This document shows, piece by piece, positions 20,406-29,510 of a stretch of 64,000 nucleotides of DNA. The notes under the pieces are model-generated. The model searched no databases. It was not told the DNA's origin and worked only from the letters and a program-made list of their open reading frames with translations. Where the stretch lies: the NCBI GenBank assembly GCA_025055035.1, contig JANWZB010000003.1, positions 641 to 64,640 of the forward strand, given 5' to 3'. The first letter of the stretch is position 1. The number at the start of each line of letters is the position of its first letter. Both the position numbers and the translations under genes were made by a program. The DNA is from Candidatus Kapaibacterium sp. Lineage in GTDB: Bacteria; Bacteroidota; Ignavibacteria; Kapaibacteriales; UBA4661.

Positions 20406-21065
20406 ATGACAAGCCGAGCTCCCCTATCACGCCAAGCACATATTCACCCTCATCTTGTGCGCCTCGTACACAAGCACACAAGTAGTGTATACCAGCGTCC
20501 CATACCAGAATTCAGCATACAGGCATTTCAGCATTTCGAGCTTCTCTTTATGTCTTCTGGTAAGCAGCGGCTTGTTATAGATTCAGGTTGTGGAACGGGG
20601 GAAAGCACACGTATTTTCGCTCAGCAGTATCCGTCTGCATTCGTTGTTGGTCTCGACCGCTCTGTTCATCGACTACAGAAGCATTGCCTACCAGAACAGC
20701 ACACAACAAACTACGCTCTGATTCGTGCAGAGCTAGAGGATTTTTGGCGTTTACTGGCAAGCCACTACGGCAATTGCATAGAGTATCATGCAATCTTATA
20801 TCCTAACCCTTATCCCAAGCCCGCTCACATTCTCCGCCGCTGGCACGGGCACCCACTTTTCCCTCAAATGCTTGCTCTTTCACCGATAACAGAGCTTCGT
20901 ACCAATTGGTCTCTATATGCTGAAGAATTCGCTTTCGCTGCTTCACTTCTAGGATATGCGGTGGAATTCACTACACTCCAGTACTCTACACCCATCACTG
21001 CTTTTGAGCGCAAGTATCAGCAGAGTGGACATAATCTGTTTCAAGTTCTTGTCCGACCTCAATAA
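20406..21065 (+). CDS. SAM-dependent methyltransferase, TrmB-like (tRNA m7G46)
   Basis: LVIDSGCGTGE...VVGLDRS is arranged like TrmB motif I, and the length matches. The track ORF uses a TTG at 20358; an ATG at 20406 is more likely. Confidence 0.45.
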   Translation: MTSRAPLSRQAHIHPHLVRLVHKHTSSVYQRPIPEFSIQAFQHFELLFMSSGKQRLVIDSGCGTGESTRIFAQQYPSAFVVGLDRSVHRLQKHCLPEQHTTNYALIRAELEDFWRLLASHYGNCIEYHAILYPNPYPKPAHILRRWHGHPLFPQMLALSPITELRTNWSLYAEEFAFAASLLGYAVEFTTLQYSTPITAFERKYQQSGHNLFQVLVRPQ

Positions 21066-21173
21066 GTCTCATATCATCACTGTACTGATGGTTATGATAA
21101 TAGATAGCACTGACGCCGTTGCATTGCATGCAACGGCGTCAGCGATGGTTTTGCACTATTTGCCCAGAAAACT

Positions 21174-22856
21174 CTAGCGCACTACTTCGCGCGCGCCAAT
21201 CATATTGAAGCGACTAGCAACAAATGCTGCATCAGTAAATGAAGCAGTACCAGCAGGATTTGCCCCCGCACCATGAAAATCACTAAATGCCGAGGATTGA
21301 TTGACAAAAATCCCACCAACATAATTGAACGCGACAGGTGCTTTACCTTCAAAAATGATAGCGTGTTCTGCTTGTTCGCGCTGTGCCTTATCTATCGTAT
21401 ACACTAATGTCGTCAAAGCACCTTTGCGCCTCAGGCTACGTAGAAGTAGATGCAGACTATGGTCGAAGCCATCCGTTGGTATAAGGAAACTAATTGGACC
21501 GAACCACTCTCGCTCGTAGATATCATGGTCTTCTACACGTGCTTTTAAAAGTAGTGGCGATGCTGTCCGAGCATGAGGAAATCCACTATGAACAACAGGC
21601 TGCGAATCTCGTATGATTTCTAATCCTAATTCTCTTGCTTTCTGAATACGGTCTAGTGTTGTCGCGTTCTGAATGCTGCCTGCAATTCCAGACATCTTAG
21701 GGTCTTGCATGAGCGCATCAATCTTCTGAGCAAGACGCTGAGCGACGTCATCAAAAGGTATAACTGCACTACCCTCCCTCACACCGTGTTTATTGATAAA
21801 GAAATTTTGCGATGTTGTGCACATCTGCCCACTGTATAGCGAAAGGGTAAATGCAAGATTATCCAGAACAGCATCAAGATTGTCAACACTTTCCAGAATA
21901 ACACCATTGACGCCTGCTTTCTCAGTAAACACAGCCTTGCCATGCGAGCGCCCAATGTTCTCAAGGGTATCGCCAAATGCACCACCCGTAAAATCAATAA
22001 TACCAACAGCAGGATGCTCAGCAAGTTCTAATGTCAAGGGATTTGCAGAGCTATCAGGAGCTAGCTGCACAAGATGCGGGTCTATACCTCTATCACGAAG
22101 TGTTTGCTGCATACTTGCCACAACAATAGCAATAGCAAGAACAGACTTTGGGTGAGGTTTGACAATAACTGGGTTACCCGTAACAAGACTTGCAAACAAG
22201 CCTGGCAGCGTGTTCCACACAGGAAATGTTGAGCACCCTATCACAAGCCCGACTCCTTTCGGGACAATGTGAAAATGCTTCTTCACGGTAATAGTTGCTG
22301 CTCCAACAGGTTTTGTCCATGTTGTTTCTTCAGCAAACTGCGCTTGTTCCCTGTAGCCCAATGCAATTGCTTCAAGAGCGCGGTCAAACGAATGAGGACC
22401 AGAAGCCTGAAACGACATCGCAAAGCTTTGTCCTGAGGTATGCATCGTTGCATGGGCAATCTCGAAGAAGGTTTTGCCTGTGCCTGCTTGCTCAAGAGTT
22501 TCAATCAGGATACAAGCTCGTTCGAGAGGCGAAAGGGTCTGCCATTGCATTTTGGCATTGTGGGCTTTTGTCATAAGATGCTCAACGGCAAACAAAGGGT
22601 AGTGAATACCAAGTGGGAATCCGAATGGCGACTCTTCCTCTCCATGCCAGCTTATTTCGTTCGTCTGTAACAGGCGAGTGAATTTATGATGGAGTAACGC
22701 TTTGAATGCCGCTTCTCCCTCCTCGGCAGCTGTTTCGCCATACACTTTTTTGCTCGGCGATTCATTCCAGTGCGCGAAGTACTGCCGAGCAGCATTTGCC
22801 TCTACTGCTGCCTTCAGCGTAGCACTATGCTTATCTATCAGTTCTACAAAGCTCAT
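21174..22856 (-). CDS. aldehyde dehydrogenase superfamily protein (PaaN-like)
   Basis: 560 aa. ALDH fold with a conserved Cys region (GQMCTTSQNFFI) and a Glu region. Confidence 0.5.
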   Translation of the reverse strand: MSFVELIDKHSATLKAAVEANAARQYFAHWNESPSKKVYGETAAEEGEAAFKALLHHKFTRLLQTNEISWHGEEESPFGFPLGIHYPLFAVEHLMTKAHNAKMQWQTLSPLERACILIETLEQAGTGKTFFEIAHATMHTSGQSFAMSFQASGPHSFDRALEAIALGYREQAQFAEETTWTKPVGAATITVKKHFHIVPKGVGLVIGCSTFPVWNTLPGLFASLVTGNPVIVKPHPKSVLAIAIVVASMQQTLRDRGIDPHLVQLAPDSSANPLTLELAEHPAVGIIDFTGGAFGDTLENIGRSHGKAVFTEKAGVNGVILESVDNLDAVLDNLAFTLSLYSGQMCTTSQNFFINKHGVREGSAVIPFDDVAQRLAQKIDALMQDPKMSGIAGSIQNATTLDRIQKARELGLEIIRDSQPVVHSGFPHARTASPLLLKARVEDHDIYEREWFGPISFLIPTDGFDHSLHLLLRSLRRKGALTTLVYTIDKAQREQAEHAIIFEGKAPVAFNYVGGIFVNQSSAFSDFHGAGANPAGTASFTDAAFVASRFNMIGAREVVR

Positions 22857-22900
22857 AGTAGTTACTCACAGCGTATGTACATGACACAAGCTCACAACCT

Positions 22901-24166
22901 CTATTCAAATGCTGGAATGCCTGTAATATCTGCACCCAGAATTAACGTATGAATATCGTGTGTTCCTTCATAAGTTTTGACAGACTCAAGATTTGCCATG
23001 TGCCGCATAATAGGATACTCGCCCAGGATACCATTTGCACCGTGAATATCACGTGCTAAGCGTGCGACTTCTAGTGCCATCCACACGTTGTTACGTTTCG
23101 CCATCGAGACGTGTTGTGGTGTAGCTTCTCCAGCATCTTTAAGCTGACCACAGCGCAGTGCAAGAAGCTGTGCTTTTGTAATCTCGTTCAGCATCCACAC
23201 AAGCTTTTCCTGAACAAGCTGAAAACTAGCAATTGGCTTACCAAATTGAATGCGTGTCTTTGCATACTTCAGTGCTGATTCGTAGCACGCCATTGCAGCA
23301 CCAATTGCTCCCCATGCAATTCCATAGCGGGCTTGCGTTAAACAGCTTAGCGGACCTTTCAATCCTTCCACATGCGGCAAAAGATTCGACTCAGGGATTT
23401 CGCAATCTTGGAACACAAGTTCGCCTGTTGCTGATGCACGAAGTGAGTGCTTCCCTTTCATTTCGGGAGCAGTAAAGCCCGGAGTACCCTTCTCCACAAG
23501 AAATCCTCGTACGACTCCATCAAGCTTCGCCCATACGACTGCAACATCAGCAATATTCCCGTTCGTAATCCACATTTTTGCGCCATTGAGCACGAAGCCG
23601 TTACTTGTCTTTTTCGCTGTAGTAATCATGCCACCGGGATTTGAACCATAATCGGGCTCTGTGAGTCCAAAGCAGCCTATAATCTCGCCTGATGCAAGTT
23701 TTGGAAGCCAATATGCTCGCTGCTCTTCGCTACCGTATGTGTAAATAGGATACATCACAAGTGAACTCTGCACAGAAGCAAAGGAACGTAGTCCCGAATC
23801 ACCGCGCTCTAGCTCCATCATTGCCAGTCCGTATGCAGTATAGCTCGCACCAGCACAACCGTACTCGTGTGGTAATGTAATGCCAAACAACCCTAGCTCT
23901 GCCATACGCTTTGCAAGATGCATAGGGAATGTTCCAGCATGATAGTGCTCTTCAATAATTGGCAGTACTTCTTCGTCCACAAAGGAGCGTACAGTCTCGC
24001 GAATCAGACGATCTTCGGGCGAAAAGAGACTGCTCGTATTATAGTAATCAAACGGATTATTGAAGCTTTGTTTTGGAGTTTTCGTAGCTTTCAACGCACT
24101 GCTGGCACTTCCGCTAGTATGACCATTTGTTGCAGGCGCTGTCGTGGGTGTTGCGACAACCGACAT
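22901..24166 (-). CDS. acyl-CoA dehydrogenase (glutaryl-CoA dehydrogenase-like) with low-complexity N-terminal extension
   Basis: ACAD N-, middle- and C-domain motifs (GSNPGGM, YEGTHDIHTLILG). Confidence 0.7.
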   Translation of the reverse strand: MSVVATPTTAPATNGHTSGSASSALKATKTPKQSFNNPFDYYNTSSLFSPEDRLIRETVRSFVDEEVLPIIEEHYHAGTFPMHLAKRMAELGLFGITLPHEYGCAGASYTAYGLAMMELERGDSGLRSFASVQSSLVMYPIYTYGSEEQRAYWLPKLASGEIIGCFGLTEPDYGSNPGGMITTAKKTSNGFVLNGAKMWITNGNIADVAVVWAKLDGVVRGFLVEKGTPGFTAPEMKGKHSLRASATGELVFQDCEIPESNLLPHVEGLKGPLSCLTQARYGIAWGAIGAAMACYESALKYAKTRIQFGKPIASFQLVQEKLVWMLNEITKAQLLALRCGQLKDAGEATPQHVSMAKRNNVWMALEVARLARDIHGANGILGEYPIMRHMANLESVKTYEGTHDIHTLILGADITGIPAFE

Positions 24167-24504
24167 GGCAGTATTCCTTGAAAAGATTGGGAGAAAAAAC
24201 AACGAGAAATTGTTTACGACGAAAGAATGTTGTAGCAGACTAGAGATACAAAATTATGAAATTTTTGCGCAGCCAGCGAAAGAATTTCCCAAGAGAATTT
24301 TAGTCACCAGTAGCTTTACATGTATAGCCTGGACAAGCACTGGGATACTGTTGCTATACCACAATATACTTTGTATACGTCCTCCTTGCGAAAAGGGACG
24401 ATTTTCTGTATAATTGCCCTTCGCATTGGCTAATGCTATATCACTGCGGTGTAACATACAGCCTTCGCTCACAGTTTGTATTATCTTCACTACACAATCT
24501 CCTT

Positions 24505-25692
24505 ATGTCCCAACTTGTTGTTCTCGCTTTTTCCGGCGGTCTCGATACATCGTATTGTGTCAAGTACTTTCTTGCTCAAGGGAAAACTGTCCACTCTGTT
24601 ACAGTCAATACTGGCGGATTCTCGGAAGATGAACTCCGCGACATTGAGTCCCGAGCCCTATCACTTGGCGTAGAAAAGCACATCACACTCGATGAAACGC
24701 AGAATTACTACGAGCAGTGCATTAAGTATCTCATCTTCGGTAATGTTCTCAAAAACAACACATATCCGCTTTCTGTCAGCGCCGAGCGTATTTTCCAAGC
24801 ACTAGCAGTAGCTCGCTATGCGAAGAACGTTGATGCAGACTACGTTGCACACGGCTCGACAGGCGCAGGCAACGACCAAGTACGATTCGATGTCGCTTTC
24901 ACAGTGCTTATCCCCGATATTCCTATTCTCACACCTATCCGCGACAATAAACTTTCTCGCGAGGAAGAAATTGCATTTTTGCAGCAACACGGCATCCAGC
25001 AAGACTGGATAAAGGCACAGTACTCTATCAACAAGGGTTTGTGGGGAACAACAGTTGGAGGTAAAGAAACCCTCACATCGCATCAATATCTTCCTGATAG
25101 CGCGTTTCCAACACCCCTTTCTAAAAACATGCCCGAAGAAGTACGCTTGCACTTTACTCGCGGCGAACTTACAGGAATTAATGGGGAAACTATGCCGCCT
25201 GTACAAGCAATTCAACGTTTAACACAGATTGCACAGCCCTTCGCCATCGGTCGGGATATTCATGTTGGAGATACAATTATTGGCATCAAGGGGCGTGTGG
25301 GCTTCGAAGCAGCAGCGCCTCTTATCATCATCAAAGCACATCATACGCTAGAAAAGCACACGCTGACAAAAGCACAGCTCATGCTCAAGGAACAGATTTC
25401 AGCTATGTATGGCACACTGCTACATGAAGGACAATTTCTTGAACCCGCTATGCGTAATTGCGAGGCTTTATTACACAGCACGCAAGAGACTGTTAGCGGA
25501 ACAGTTAGCGTTTTTCTCGCACCATACCGTTTTCACATTGTTGGCATCGAATCACCGCACGACCTCATGCAATCACGCTTTGGTAAGTATGGTGAAATGA
25601 ACAATGCATGGACAGGTCAAGATGTGCGAGGCTTTGCAAAAATCGTATCGAATCAAGCAATGATGTTCTACTCGGTAAACCAACAATTATGA
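24505..25692 (+). CDS. argG: argininosuccinate synthase
   Basis: AFSGGLDTSYCVKY PP-loop and ArgG core motifs. Start at MSQLVVLAFSGG. Confidence 0.85.
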   Translation: MSQLVVLAFSGGLDTSYCVKYFLAQGKTVHSVTVNTGGFSEDELRDIESRALSLGVEKHITLDETQNYYEQCIKYLIFGNVLKNNTYPLSVSAERIFQALAVARYAKNVDADYVAHGSTGAGNDQVRFDVAFTVLIPDIPILTPIRDNKLSREEEIAFLQQHGIQQDWIKAQYSINKGLWGTTVGGKETLTSHQYLPDSAFPTPLSKNMPEEVRLHFTRGELTGINGETMPPVQAIQRLTQIAQPFAIGRDIHVGDTIIGIKGRVGFEAAAPLIIIKAHHTLEKHTLTKAQLMLKEQISAMYGTLLHEGQFLEPAMRNCEALLHSTQETVSGTVSVFLAPYRFHIVGIESPHDLMQSRFGKYGEMNNAWTGQDVRGFAKIVSNQAMMFYSVNQQL

Positions 25693-26582
25693 TACGATAC
25701 CTGTTCGCAGCAGTGCTTCCTGCCATAGGCTTCTGGAGTACTATCCAGCGTGTTCATGCCCAAGCCCTTCTTGTAGATAGTGCATATTCACAAGCGTTAG
25801 GGACAACAACTGCTTTCTCTATCATCATACCAGAGTACTACGACACAGTACGGCGATATCCCGTATTGTACTTATTACATGGCTGGGGTGGCAGCCATAG
25901 GGATTGGGCTACAAAAACACGCCTGCGTGAGTACGCATCATGGTTCGACCTCATCATCGCTATGCCTAATGCCGGGAATTCATGGTATGTCAACAGCATT
26001 GCTCATCCACAGCATCGCTACGAACAATACATTGCTGGTGAATTTCCCGCAATACTTGCTCAGCGGTATGCGATCGATACAAGTCAGCAAGCTATTGCAG
26101 GATTATCAATGGGCGGTTACGGAGCAATTATGCTGGCTTTGAAGTACCAGCACAAATACCGCGTTGCAGCATCATTTAGCGGTGCTCTCACTATGCCGCG
26201 CGACCTTGTGCAGCGCGAGCAAGCATACCAATCTGCTCAGGGAAAGAATGGCGATGTTGCACTACTAAGCCTGCAAGAAGCATTCGGGAAAGATCCTCGC
26301 AGCCGCGCACGCGATACAAACAGCGTCTTCACGCTGTGTAAGCGTGCATCTCTACTGGACTCTGCAAGCAAAGCTCGTTTACCGTACATCTACCTCGCAA
26401 CAGGTATTCATGACCAACTTGCTCACATTGTCCCAGGAAACCGTGAATTTCGTGATTCACTGTATTCTTTTGGTCTACGATATGAATATCATGAAACTCC
26501 TGGTAAGCATGCGTGGTCATACTGGGACGAAGCATTGCGAGCCTTTTTACCACGGTTGATAGATATTACTCGTTGGAAATAG
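25689..26582 (+). CDS. putative esterase (PF00756-like) with signal peptide
   Basis: LYLLHGWGGSH and GLSMGGYGA motifs. ATGA overlap with the argG stop. Confidence 0.55.
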   Translation: MIRYLFAAVLPAIGFWSTIQRVHAQALLVDSAYSQALGTTTAFSIIIPEYYDTVRRYPVLYLLHGWGGSHRDWATKTRLREYASWFDLIIAMPNAGNSWYVNSIAHPQHRYEQYIAGEFPAILAQRYAIDTSQQAIAGLSMGGYGAIMLALKYQHKYRVAASFSGALTMPRDLVQREQAYQSAQGKNGDVALLSLQEAFGKDPRSRARDTNSVFTLCKRASLLDSASKARLPYIYLATGIHDQLAHIVPGNREFRDSLYSFGLRYEYHETPGKHAWSYWDEALRAFLPRLIDITRWK

Positions 26583-26595
26583 CGTATATTCCTCT

Positions 26596-27582
26596 ATGAA
26601 TCCAATACGTGCCGGTATTGTAGGAAGCGCTGGCTACACGGGTGGCGAATTGATTCGGCTTCTGCTACATCACAACTACGTCGAGCTTGTGTACATACAC
26701 AGCACAAGCAACGCTGGTAAGCCTGTTGCTCATGTTCATACAGATTTGCTCGGTGACACCGACCGCTTGTTTACCGACCAACTTTCCTACGACATTGATG
26801 TTCTCTTTCTGTGTTTGGGTCATGGCGAAGCAAAGGCATTCCTTTCGGCACAGCAGATTCCCCAGCATATTCGCATCATTGACCTTAGCCAAGATTTTCG
26901 CTACACACCTTCCACGCAATGGCTCTACGGCTTACCTGAGCTCTACCACGAACAGATTCAATCGGCACAACACACTCAGCAAAATATTGCTAACCCAGGA
27001 TGCTTTGCAACCTGCATACAACTTGGTTTGCTACCTTTGGCAAGTGCACAGCTACTGCCCCGTGAGCTTCATATAACAGGTATTACAGGCTCTACGGGAG
27101 CAGGGCAGGCATTATCGCAGACAGTGCATTTTTCATGGCGCTCAGGCAACATTGCTGTGTACAAACCTTTCACTCATCAGCATCTCTACGAAGTTCAAAC
27201 AAGCTTGCGCACACTTCAGCCAGACTTTGACGACACGCATCACATATACTTTGTACCTATGCGTGGAAATTTCACTCGCGGTATCCTCACATCTATGTAC
27301 GGTCAATGCACAGAAAACGCAGCAGCAGTCCAGGCTCTCTATCGTGAATATTATGACGCTCATCCGTTTGTCCACATTGCTGACAGCGAGCCAGACATTA
27401 AGCAAGTTGTCAACACTAACAAGTGCTTACTTTCTGTTGCTAAGCATGGTAATATGCTGCACATCGTTGCAGTCATCGATAATCTCCTCAAAGGCGCTGC
27501 AGGACAAGCAGTACAAAATATGAATCTTATCTTTGGGCTTCCAGAAGTGACTGGTCTACTTCTCAAGCCTCTCGCATTTTAG
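26596..27582 (+). CDS. argC: N-acetyl-gamma-glutamyl-phosphate reductase
   Basis: GIVGSAGYTGGELIRLL NAD-binding motif and the NPGCFATC catalytic-Cys motif. Confidence 0.85.
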   Translation: MNPIRAGIVGSAGYTGGELIRLLLHHNYVELVYIHSTSNAGKPVAHVHTDLLGDTDRLFTDQLSYDIDVLFLCLGHGEAKAFLSAQQIPQHIRIIDLSQDFRYTPSTQWLYGLPELYHEQIQSAQHTQQNIANPGCFATCIQLGLLPLASAQLLPRELHITGITGSTGAGQALSQTVHFSWRSGNIAVYKPFTHQHLYEVQTSLRTLQPDFDDTHHIYFVPMRGNFTRGILTSMYGQCTENAAAVQALYREYYDAHPFVHIADSEPDIKQVVNTNKCLLSVAKHGNMLHIVAVIDNLLKGAAGQAVQNMNLIFGLPEVTGLLLKPLAF

Positions 27583-27624
27583 AAAATCACGCACTTACCC
27601 TGTTTCACTGTACATTCTGCTCGC

Positions 27625-28716
27625 ATGAATGCTCATATTGTTGTTGTAGCCGGCGATGGCATAGGGCCGGAAGTAACGCACGAAGCAGTACGAAGCCTTG
27701 AGGCTATAGCTACACGTTTCCAGCACACTTTTGTATTTGAGCACCACCTTATCGGGGGTGCAGCAATCGACGCTACAGGCTCGGCACTGCCCAACGAAAC
27801 ATTACAAGCAGCACTGAAAGCTGATGCAGTTTTACTCGGTGCTGTAGGTGGTCCGCAATGGGACAATCCTCAAGCACTAATACGCCCTGAGGATGGTCTG
27901 CTCGGTATTCGCAAAGCACTTCAGCTTTATGCTAATCTACGACCTGTTAGAGTCTATACGCAACTTGCTGAAGCATCTCCACTGAAACAGCACATTCTGG
28001 CAGGAGTCGATTTCATCGTTGTTCGTGAGCTTACTGGCGGCTTGTACTTCGGGCAGCCTAAGGAACGACGCATACGCTCGGACGGTGGCATCACAGCGAT
28101 TGACACACTTGAATACCATGACTATGAAATTGACCGTATTCTTCAACTCGCCTTCGAGCTTGCAGCAAGCCCGTCGCGGCGTGGTATGCTTGCCAGTGTG
28201 GATAAGGCAAATGTCTTAGAAACATCGCGTCTGTGGCGCGAGCGCGCTCAGTCTCTTGCACAGCATTATCCTTCTGTAACTCTTCAGCACATCCTTGTTG
28301 ACACAGCAGCAATGCGCCTTGTGATGTCGCCATCACAGTTCGACGTTATCGTTACCGAGAATACATTTGGCGATATCTTAACGGATGAAGCAGCTGTCTT
28401 GACCGGTTCTATGGGGCTTCTTCCCTCTGCATCACTTGGTCAGATACGCAATAGCAAGGGATTCCCATTAGGGCTATACGAGCCAATACACGGCTCTGCA
28501 CCGGATATTGCAGGCAAAGGGATTGCTAATCCTATCGGCACAATTCTTAGTGCTGCTTTATTATTGCGATATTCCCTTGGCTTAGAACATGAAGCTCAGA
28601 CTCTTGAACATGCTGTCGAGCACGCCCTCGCCAATGGAGCACGCACTGTTGATATCTCGGCAGCGCATGCACTCTCCACGAGTCAGATGACCGAGGAAAT
28701 TTTGAATGCACTGTAG
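27625..28716 (+). CDS. leuB: 3-isopropylmalate dehydrogenase family (LeuB / beta-decarboxylating dehydrogenase)
   Basis: [13 protein letters not shown] and NLRP motifs, 363 aa. The family also includes isocitrate and homoisocitrate dehydrogenases. Confidence 0.65.
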   Translation: MNAHIVVVAGDGIGPEVTHEAVRSLEAIATRFQHTFVFEHHLIGGAAIDATGSALPNETLQAALKADAVLLGAVGGPQWDNPQALIRPEDGLLGIRKALQLYANLRPVRVYTQLAEASPLKQHILAGVDFIVVRELTGGLYFGQPKERRIRSDGGITAIDTLEYHDYEIDRILQLAFELAASPSRRGMLASVDKANVLETSRLWRERAQSLAQHYPSVTLQHILVDTAAMRLVMSPSQFDVIVTENTFGDILTDEAAVLTGSMGLLPSASLGQIRNSKGFPLGLYEPIHGSAPDIAGKGIANPIGTILSAALLLRYSLGLEHEAQTLEHAVEHALANGARTVDISAAHALSTSQMTEEILNAL

Positions 28717-28758
28717 CAACAGTTTTATTTCATCGTTTAAGTGTTCCATCTGATTGCT

Positions 28759-29451
28759 ATGCTACCTCGTAATAGTACTCCTCCATATATTATCACATCG
28801 GTGGCCATCCAGAAAAAGAACAAGTCGCGATGCTCAGTGTTTGTTAACGGAGAGTTTGCGTTTGGCTGTACTATCGACGCAGTGACACACTTTGGACTGA
28901 CACAAGGCAAGGAGATTTTTGAGCATGAGATTATACAAATCCAAGCATACGATAGTACTCTTGCCTTAAAACAAGCAGCGTTGCATTATGCAACGTACAA
29001 GCCACGTACAGCAGAGCAGGTACGCCGCGCAATGGTTATAAAAGGTTACACTGCTGCAGAGGCAGAATATGCTGTAGACTTTCTCAAAGAATTTGGATAC
29101 GTGAATGACCAGCGCTACGCCCGCGCTTTTATCAGGGAAGTACGTTCAAGAAAGAGCATAGGACTACATCGCTTGCAGCAAGAACTTATCAAACGCGGCA
29201 TCTCTAAGCACGATATAGAGGACGCACTAGCAGATATCTTTTCTGCAGAAGATACGGCTTTAAGCGAGCTCAACGCTGCACGTACCGCTATAACTAAAAA
29301 ACTGCGCACACTTCAGCGCAAACCAATTCCTAAACAGAAGCAAGCACTTCTTGGACACCTGCAACGCCAGGGCTTTTCTTGGAATATTATTCACCATGTG
29401 ATCGCCGAAGCCTTCGACGATAGAAACGATAAAGCCCACAGTGAGGTGTAG
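28759..29451 (+). CDS. recX: regulatory protein RecX
   Basis: YVNDQRYARAFIREVRSRKSIGLHRLQQELIKRGISK matches the RecX repeat pattern. No recA adjacent. Confidence 0.65.
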   Translation: MLPRNSTPPYIITSVAIQKKNKSRCSVFVNGEFAFGCTIDAVTHFGLTQGKEIFEHEIIQIQAYDSTLALKQAALHYATYKPRTAEQVRRAMVIKGYTAAEAEYAVDFLKEFGYVNDQRYARAFIREVRSRKSIGLHRLQQELIKRGISKHDIEDALADIFSAEDTALSELNAARTAITKKLRTLQRKPIPKQKQALLGHLQRQGFSWNIIHHVIAEAFDDRNDKAHSEV

Positions 29452-29510
29452 CACTGCCAACACACCAGATGCAGGAGTGTGATTCACGCACTCATTCTCA
29501 TTACCACTTA

